Source of the DNA: Thermoanaerobaculia bacterium
GTDB lineage: Bacteria; Acidobacteriota; Thermoanaerobaculia; UBA5066
NCBI GenBank assembly: GCA_038245905.1
Contig: JBBRRY010000028.1
Location: forward strand, 1 to 53,707
DNA: 53,707 bases
Direction: 5' to 3'
Within the stretch, counting starts at the first letter, position 1; every line of letters begins with the position of its first letter. The position numbers were made by a program, and so were the translations under genes. Below the pieces are notes generated by a model. It saw nothing but the letters and a program-made list of their open reading frames with translations, made no database searches and was not told the DNA's origin. Shown in pieces: positions 47,507 through 53,707 of this stretch.

Positions 47507-49102
47507 TCACTTCTTCTGGAAGTCCGGTCCGCCCAGAAGGAGCGTCGCGACGCGAACGGGGTCGCTCGCGTCCTTCGCCATCCGCGAAGGGTCCGCGGCG
47601 ACGCCCGGGATCTTCCCGCCCGCGAGCGCGGCGCCGAACGTGAGCCGGTTCATGAGCGTGCCGGCACCCACCCAGGATTCGGCGGTGTCTCCCCAGCCCG
47701 TCGGCGGCTGGCACTTGTAGAGCGGTTGGCCCATGAGCGCGATCTGGCGCACTAGAGGGGCGGCCGCGGCCGCGTCGACGCGGCCGCCCAGTGCGCGAAT
47801 GGACGACGCGGCGAGCTCGAGAGGCGTCTTCGTCTTCACGTGGAATGCCGCGTCCGACCAGAACTCCCCCGCCGAGAAGATCGCGGCGTAGACGGCGCGC
47901 AGATCGCCGTCTGTGTGCGTGAAGACCTCGGCGACGCGCGAGACGAGCGCCGGAGGCGGGTCGTCCGCCACGAACCGCCTGCAGAGCTTCGCCGCGACGA
48001 AGCGGGCCGTCGAGGGGTGCCGTGCGAGCAGGTCGAGGACGAGCTCGGCATCGCGCCGCCCGCCGCCGGCCGGGATCACGACCCCGAGCACCGTCTTCTC
48101 GCCGGGGTCGTGCGCCCGCGGCCGGAAAACGAACGTGCCCGGCTCGGAAGCCGGCGGCGTCCCGGCCTTCTTCGCGCCGAGTCCCATCCCTCCGCCGCTC
48201 GCCATCGCCCCGGCACCCTTCTCGGCCGCCCTCGCGGCGCGCGGGGGAACGATCGACCAGCCCGTGAAGCAGCGCGCGACCTCGCGGACGTCTGCCTGAG
48301 TGTAGCCGCCGTCCACGCCGAGCGTGTGGAGCTCGAGGAGCTCGCGCGCATAGTTCTCGTTGATTCCGGCGCGGCGGCGCTTCCCCGCCGCGCCACCGGG
48401 GCCTTCCCAGGAGGACGTCCAGTTGTCGAGGTAGAAGAGCATCGCCGGATGCGAGGCCGTTGCGCGGAGCAGGTCGTGGAACCTGCCGAACACGAACGGA
48501 CGAATTGCGTCGCGCTCGTACGCGCCCACCATCCAGCGGTCTTCGCCCTTGTCGGCCGCGACGTTGAAGTGGTTGAACCAGAAGTCGACAAGGACCTCCT
48601 GGAGCTGGCGGCGGCTCTCCACGGCCCGGACGAGCTTGGCGGCGGCGAGCTCCTGCTCGATGACGGCGGGGCGCCTGCCGGCGGGGATCAGCTCTTTCAG
48701 CTTCTCGCGCGCGTCGGGCCCGTCTTTCTCGATGCCGTTCGCCTTCGCGACGTCCTGCGGGCGCGGAAACGCGCGCAGGAGCTCCGGCACGGACATGCCG
48801 AGCGTCGGAAGCGAGCGAAGCCTTGCCTCCGCGGCAGTGTCCTCGACGCGAAGCGGGTCCATCTGCCTGCGGATCCACGCGCCGACGCCGAGGCGGGCGA
48901 CGTCGCTGCTCTCGCCCGGGCGTGGACCGTAGCCGAGCCGGTCCAGCGCGTGCCGGGCTTGTTTCTCCTCGCTCCAGCCATTCGCGGGGAGCGCGATGGC
49001 GGGTACGGCGGAGGCGGTCCCGGCGGGCTTCGAGCCCGAGCAGCCCGCGAGGGCGAGGAACGCGGCGGAGACGAAGACACGCGAGGCGAGCGGCGTTCCC
49101 AT
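47507..49102 (-). CDS. DUF1800-domain lipoprotein
   Basis: Lipobox LAGC, DFWFNHFNV, PAMLFYLDN, NENYARELLELHTLG, HPSTARFVA.KL. Confidence 0.9.
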   Translation of the reverse strand: MGTPLASRVFVSAAFLALAGCSGSKPAGTASAVPAIALPANGWSEEKQARHALDRLGYGPRPGESSDVARLGVGAWIRRQMDPLRVEDTAAEARLRSLPTLGMSVPELLRAFPRPQDVAKANGIEKDGPDAREKLKELIPAGRRPAVIEQELAAAKLVRAVESRRQLQEVLVDFWFNHFNVAADKGEDRWMVGAYERDAIRPFVFGRFHDLLRATASHPAMLFYLDNWTSSWEGPGGAAGKRRRAGINENYARELLELHTLGVDGGYTQADVREVARCFTGWSIVPPRAARAAEKGAGAMASGGGMGLGAKKAGTPPASEPGTFVFRPRAHDPGEKTVLGVVIPAGGGRRDAELVLDLLARHPSTARFVAAKLCRRFVADDPPPALVSRVAEVFTHTDGDLRAVYAAIFSAGEFWSDAAFHVKTKTPLELAASSIRALGGRVDAAAAAPLVRQIALMGQPLYKCQPPTGWGDTAESWVGAGTLMNRLTFGAALAGGKIPGVAADPSRMAKDASDPVRVATLLLGGPDFQKK

Positions 49103-49108
49103 GCCCGA

Positions 49109-49139
49109 TTGGACGCCCTTCCGGTCCCCTCCGTTTACA
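49109..49139 (-). promoter_or_regulatory. ECF-type promoter TGTAAAC-N17-CGTC
   Basis: Minus strand TGTAAAC-17 nt-CGTCCAA; ATG of the DUF1800 gene is 9 nt after CGTC. Confidence 0.5.
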
Positions 49140-49154
49140 GACTAGACTCGGGAC

Positions 49155-50663
49155 GTGGCGGGAGACTTCGGCGGAAACGGCGACGACAAGTTCCGCGACG
49201 AATGCGGTGTCTTCGGCATTTTCGGGCACCCGGACGCCGCGAACCTGACCTACCTCGGCCTCTACGCCATGCAGCACCGGGGCCAGGAATCCGCCGGCAT
49301 CGTGACGTGGAACGGCTCGAGGGTATCGGTGGAGAAGGGCATGGGATACGTGGCGGACCTCTTCGACGAAGGGCGCCTCTCCCGGCTCCCCGGCCCGTCG
49401 GCGATCGGTCACGTTCGGTACTCGACCACGGGCGAGTCGCGACTCGAAAATGCGCAGCCCATCGTCTACAACACGAACAAGGGGCCGCTCGCGATCGCCC
49501 ACAACGGCAACCTCGTGAACGCGGACGAGATCCGAGCCGAGCTGGAAGAAGAGGGCTCGATCTTCACGACGAGCTCCGACACGGAGGTCTTCCTGCACTT
49601 GATGGCGCGGTCACGCGTGGACGACGTCGTGGGCGCGCTCCGCGAGGCGCTCGCGCGCGTCCGCGGCGCCTATTCGATCGTCCTGCTTGCGAAGAATCGC
49701 GTGATTGCCGCGCGCGATCCGCAGGGCGTCCGGCCGCTGACACTGGGCCGCCTGAGGATCGACGGCGCGCCCGACGCGCGCGTCGTCGCCTCCGAAACTT
49801 GCGCGTTCGATCTCATCGACGCCGAGCCTTTGCGCGACGTCGAGCCCGGCGAGATCGTGGTCTTCGACGCCGGCGGGACGGCCTCCGCGTCGTTCGCGAT
49901 GGGGCAGCGCACGGCCTTCTGCATTTTCGAGCACGTTTACTTCGCGCGGCCGGACTCCACGGTGTTCGGCAAGTCTGTGGCCGAGTCACGACGCTCCTTC
50001 GGGCGCCGACTCGCGCTCGAGCATCCGGTCGCTGCGGACGTGGTCGTGCCCGTGCCCGACTCGGGCGTCTTTGCGGCGCTCGGCTACGCGGAGGAGAGCG
50101 GGATCCCATACGGCATGGGGCTCGTTCGCAATCACTACGTCGGACGCACGTTCATCGAACCGAAGCAGTCTATCCGCCATTTCGGCGTGAAGGTGAAGCT
50201 GAACCCGGTGCGATCCGTCGTGGCCGGAAAGCGCGTGATCCTCGTGGACGATTCGATCGTGCGCGGTACGACGTCCAAGAAAATCGTCAAGATGCTCAAG
50301 GACGCGGGAGCGAGCGAGATTCACATGCGTATCTCCTCTCCACCTACACGGCATCCGTGCCATTACGGGATCGACACGCCCCGGAGAAAAGAGCTCATCG
50401 CGTCGACTCACGACCTCGAAGAGACGCGGAAATTTATCGAAGCTGACTCGCTCGGCCACCTGTCGCTCGAGGGCATGTTGGCGGCCTTCGGGCGCTCCGA
50501 GAACGATTCCTGCGCGGCCTGCTTCTCGGGTCGGTATCCGATTCCGCTGACCGTGCCCGATCCGCAGGCCACGCTGTTTCCGACCGACGAACCGCACGTG
50601 GACGTCTCGGGGGAGAGGCCGGCCGAGACCTTCCCGCGACTCGTCCGAACGGCCAAGACCTGA
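49155..50663 (+). CDS. purF: Amidophosphoribosyltransferase
   Basis: Propeptide then [31 protein letters not shown]. Confidence 0.97.
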   Translation: MAGDFGGNGDDKFRDECGVFGIFGHPDAANLTYLGLYAMQHRGQESAGIVTWNGSRVSVEKGMGYVADLFDEGRLSRLPGPSAIGHVRYSTTGESRLENAQPIVYNTNKGPLAIAHNGNLVNADEIRAELEEEGSIFTTSSDTEVFLHLMARSRVDDVVGALREALARVRGAYSIVLLAKNRVIAARDPQGVRPLTLGRLRIDGAPDARVVASETCAFDLIDAEPLRDVEPGEIVVFDAGGTASASFAMGQRTAFCIFEHVYFARPDSTVFGKSVAESRRSFGRRLALEHPVAADVVVPVPDSGVFAALGYAEESGIPYGMGLVRNHYVGRTFIEPKQSIRHFGVKVKLNPVRSVVAGKRVILVDDSIVRGTTSKKIVKMLKDAGASEIHMRISSPPTRHPCHYGIDTPRRKELIASTHDLEETRKFIEADSLGHLSLEGMLAAFGRSENDSCAACFSGRYPIPLTVPDPQATLFPTDEPHVDVSGERPAETFPRLVRTAKT

Positions 50664-50668
50664 CGGTC

Positions 50669-51004
50669 GTGGGCGGAGCGGCACCGCCTGCGGGCGATGC
50701 GCCCGAGTTCGTGCCGGAGTCGGGCGGAAGGAGCGTGCGCCTTCGTCTCCGCGTCTCGGCGGGTGCATCGCGCCGCAAGGTGCTCGGCGTGCACGGGGGC
50801 GCGCTCAAGCTCTCCGTGAAAGCTCCGCGCGAGAAGGGGAAGGCGAACCGGGATGTCCTCGCCCTCGTCGCCGAGACGTTCGGCCTCGCGGCGTCGGACG
50901 TCGGCCTCGTCTCCGGAGACACGTCCCCTGACAAGGTCGTGCGGTTGTCGCTCACGCTCAAGGAGGCGGCGCGGCGGTGGGCGACGGGAATGGGTCTCCT
51001 CTGA
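50669..51004 (+). CDS. DUF167 / UPF0235 (YggU-like) protein
   Basis: LRVSAGASR, LKLSVKAP.EKGKAN, LVSGDTS.DK. Confidence 0.85.
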   Translation: MGGAAPPAGDAPEFVPESGGRSVRLRLRVSAGASRRKVLGVHGGALKLSVKAPREKGKANRDVLALVAETFGLAASDVGLVSGDTSPDKVVRLSLTLKEAARRWATGMGLL

Positions 51005-51023
51005 CGCTGCTACGATCCGCGGC

Positions 51024-52064
51024 GTGACCAATCCCCCGCTCCGCTACGCGGACGCCGGCGTTGACATCGACGCGAAAATGGGGGCGATCGCCCGCGCGAA
51101 GGACGCGATCCGCTCCACGTTCACGAAGGGCGTCGTGGGCGACGTCGGCGGCTTCGGCGGCCTCTTCCGTCCGGATTTCACCGGGATGGCCGATCCGCTC
51201 CTCGTGGCCTCGGCCGACGGCGTCGGCACGAAGCTGAGAGTCGCGATCGCGGCCGGCGTCCACGGCACGGTCGGGCAGGACCTCGTGAACCACTGCGTGA
51301 ACGACATCCTCGTCCAGGGCGCGAGTCCGCTTTTCTTTCTCGACTACATCGCCACGGGAAAGATGCAGCCCGAGATCGTCGGCGAGGTCCTCGAGGGCGT
51401 CGCGAAAGCGTGCCGCGAGAATGGCTGCGCGCTCCTCGGGGGCGAGACCGCCGAAATGCCGGGCATGTACGCGGCGGGCGACTATGATCTCGCGGGCACG
51501 ATCGTTGGAGTCGTGGATCGGCCGAAGATGCTGGACGGGAGCAGAGTCGCCGAGGGAGACCTGCTGATCGGGCTTCCCTCTTCGGGCCTCCATACGAACG
51601 GATACTCACTGGCGCGAAAGATTTTCTTTGAAGGTTTAGGAATGGCGCCCTCGGCCGAGGTGCCGGGTCTCGGCGGCAAGACGGTTGCCGAGGCTCTGCT
51701 TGCGGTGCACAGGAGCTATCTGTCGCCCGTCTTACCACTCGTAGAAAATTCTCTTCTCTCGGCCATGTCCCACATCACGGGCGGAGGATTTCCGGACAAC
51801 CTCCCGCGCGTCCTCCCCGCCGGCCTCGACGCCGTCGTCCACCCGGAAGCGTGGAGCTGGCCCCCGCTTTTTCGCTTCCTCCGGGAAAAGGGGCCCGTCT
51901 CTCCCGCCGAGATGCTCCGCGTCTTCAACTGCGGCATCGGGATGGTCCTGATCGTCCCGCCGGCGCGCGGCCTCGAGGTGAAGAACCGCCTGGACGCGAG
52001 CGGGGAAGACTGGAAGCAGATCGGGCGCGTTCAGAAGGGCGCGCGAACCGTGCGCTTCGCCTGA
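51024..52064 (+). CDS. purM: AIR synthase
   Basis: GTG 51024; YADAGVDI, DGVGTKL, GGETAEMPG, SSGLHTNGYSL, HITGGG. Confidence 0.96.
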   Translation: MTNPPLRYADAGVDIDAKMGAIARAKDAIRSTFTKGVVGDVGGFGGLFRPDFTGMADPLLVASADGVGTKLRVAIAAGVHGTVGQDLVNHCVNDILVQGASPLFFLDYIATGKMQPEIVGEVLEGVAKACRENGCALLGGETAEMPGMYAAGDYDLAGTIVGVVDRPKMLDGSRVAEGDLLIGLPSSGLHTNGYSLARKIFFEGLGMAPSAEVPGLGGKTVAEALLAVHRSYLSPVLPLVENSLLSAMSHITGGGFPDNLPRVLPAGLDAVVHPEAWSWPPLFRFLREKGPVSPAEMLRVFNCGIGMVLIVPPARGLEVKNRLDASGEDWKQIGRVQKGARTVRFA

Positions 52065-52730
52065 GTGGTGAGCGCCCCCGTTCCCTTTCCCCGGCCCCTC
52101 TGTCCGCTCCCGGCGCGGCTCGCCGTCCTGCTGTCGGGGCGCGGGTCGAACTTCGAGGCTCTCGCGGAGGCGTGCGATCGCGGGGAGATCCCGGCGCGCA
52201 TCGTCCTCGTGGTCTCGGACGTCGTGTCGGCTGCCGGCCTCGCGAAGGCGCGGCAAAGAGGGATTTCTTCGAGAGTGATCGGAGCGGGTCCGGGCGCCTC
52301 GCGGAGCCGGTGGGAGGCTGAGCTGATTGCGGCACTCGAAGAGGCTCAAGCCGATCTCATCTGCCTGGCCGGGTTCATGCGAGTTCTCTCCGCATCGTTC
52401 GTGGCTCGGTTTCCGCTCAGGATACTGAACGTCCACCCGTCGCTCCTGCCCGCCTTCCCGGGCCTCGATGCGCAGTCCCAAGCGGTGGCCTACGGCGTCC
52501 GCGTGGCGGGAGTGACGGTTCATTTCGTCGATGAGGGGACCGACACGGGGCCTATCGTGGCCCAGACCGCGGTGCCTGTCCTGCCGACAGACGACGAGGA
52601 TTCCCTCGCCGTACGCATGCTTCCGGCTGAGCACGCGCTGTACGTGGCCTCCGTTCGTCGAATTCTGGAGGGCGGCTGGTGGATTTCAGGCCGTTCCGTG
52701 ACGCTTCCAGTGCCCCAAGCGCCCTCTTGA
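52065..52730 (+). CDS. purN: Phosphoribosylglycinamide formyltransferase
   Basis: SGRGSN, LAGFMRVL, NVHPSLLPAFPG, GVTVHFVD..TDTGPI. Confidence 0.95.
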   Translation: MVSAPVPFPRPLCPLPARLAVLLSGRGSNFEALAEACDRGEIPARIVLVVSDVVSAAGLAKARQRGISSRVIGAGPGASRSRWEAELIAALEEAQADLICLAGFMRVLSASFVARFPLRILNVHPSLLPAFPGLDAQSQAVAYGVRVAGVTVHFVDEGTDTGPIVAQTAVPVLPTDDEDSLAVRMLPAEHALYVASVRRILEGGWWISGRSVTLPVPQAPS

Positions 52731-52731
52731 G

Positions 52732-52751
52732 AATCCCTCTTTCGAGGGATT
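52732..52751 (+). terminator. Hairpin right after purN (possible terminator)
   Basis: AATCCCTC-tttc-GAGGGATT perfect 8-bp stem; no U-tract. Confidence 0.4.
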
Positions 52752-53036
52752 GCCCTACGAACGTCATATCCCTACCTTTGATCAGCATCTGAAAGAAGGT
52801 GGCTAGGACTGCGGCGGTCGGGAGACCCCGCCCTCCGAAGGCATCTCTTTTCAGCAGTTTGAGGCGAATTGTCGAGAGTGCGATCAAGTTCTTTTGAGCC
52901 AGGTACTTCGCACACGGGGCTCGGTTCGTACGGGGAAGCGGGGTCGCCCTCACCTCGCCTTCCGCCCGGTTCGAGCCGGGACCGACCGACTCCTTGAGCC
53001 CCTGTGCATTTTTGCCCTGTTCTCTGTGCAATCCCC

Positions 53037-53066
53037 TTGACGTGAGGCACCCGCGGGCCCTATGTT
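53037..53066 (+). promoter_or_regulatory. rrn P1-like promoter
   Basis: TTGACG-N18-TATGTT followed by a C-rich discriminator. Confidence 0.55.
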
Positions 53067-53174
53067 CCCACCCCCCGCGCTGGTGGCGTGGGCGTGCTCT
53101 TTGGGGTTTTGTGGCGGTTCCTGCCATCAAGTCGGTAAGAACAGGAAAAAGTGAACTTCAGATTCACTTTCCTC

Positions 53175-53203
53175 TTGACGCCAAATAGCGCTTCTGCCAG
53201 TAT
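53175..53203 (+). promoter_or_regulatory. rrn P2-like promoter
   Basis: TTGACG-N17-CAGTAT, GC-rich discriminator CCGCGTCCC, A/T-rich upstream region. Confidence 0.6.
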
Positions 53204-53230
53204 CCGCGTCCCTGCCGCTGGACGGCGCCG

Positions 53231-53243
53231 GTTCCTTGAAAAC
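53231..53243 (+). promoter_or_regulatory. rRNA antitermination boxA
   Basis: GTTCCTTGAAAAC in the rrn leader resembles the boxA variant GTTCTTTGAAAAC. Confidence 0.65.
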
Positions 53244-53501
53244 TGAACAGAGACATCAGTACGCGTCTGCGAAAGCAGATGCGGATTGAACAGTTTACGT
53301 GAATCCTTTGAGGAGCTTTCCGACGATCGCAAGGTCGGCGGACGGCTTGAAGCCAAAAAGGGTCCTGGGCGCGAGCTCGGGTTCCTGGAGCGCTTCTAAA
53401 ACAGCTCCGAAATCGCAACGCGGCGGGCGCAAGCCCGACGCGGTGCCGACGTCCTTCGGGAAGTCGTAAAACGAGAGCCTGAACTTCAAAACTTCAGAAA
53501 A

Positions 53502-53707
<206 letters not shown>

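Noticed and set aside
46242-49598. 1118-aa minus-strand ORF
   Set aside because: Only the part from ATG 47492 is DUF1501; the upstream extension overlaps DUF1800 and purF in other frames.
52965-52980. CCCGG-TTCGAG-CCGGG hairpin resembling a tRNA T-arm
   Set aside because: The loop is 6 nt rather than 7, and I could not build an acceptor, D or anticodon arm.

Overview
GC-rich bacterial chromosomal window. The gene repertoire and 16S 5' end suggest Acidobacteriota, probably Thermoanaerobaculia-like (inference). Left to right it holds: the pilT 5' end; malate synthase; a vapBC pair; pilB; a DUF3108 gene; LPS genes (waaC-like, lpxL-like, lpxK, waaA); an HNH nuclease; a small secreted K/T-rich protein behind a sigma54-type promoter; an ECF sigma/ZAS anti-sigma pair heading a T2SS/T4P-like operon; an SGNH hydrolase; M16 peptidase-dut-MBL-purS-purQ; a second vapBC; an orphan NHLP-leader RiPP precursor; an APC permease with pxpBCA; purL; two thioredoxin-fold genes; ADP-heptose genes (gmhB, hldE, gmhA); waaF and glycosyltransferases; an Ala/Lys-rich lipoprotein; UDG; DUF2911; a PaaK-like ligase with a LuxI/FeeM-fold acyltransferase; DUF1501/DUF1800; purF-yggU-purM-purN; tandem rrn promoters and the start of 16S rRNA. 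No CRISPR, tRNA, integrase or transposase was seen. Best leads: (1) the orphan NHLP precursor with a Thr/Asp/Arg core, (2) the ligase plus LuxI-fold acyltransferase pair, (3) widespread leaderless promoters including a candidate ECF regulon, (4) an AT-rich TTTCTNAGAAA element repeated inside coding sequence. All family calls come from motif recognition by eye; no database search was run.
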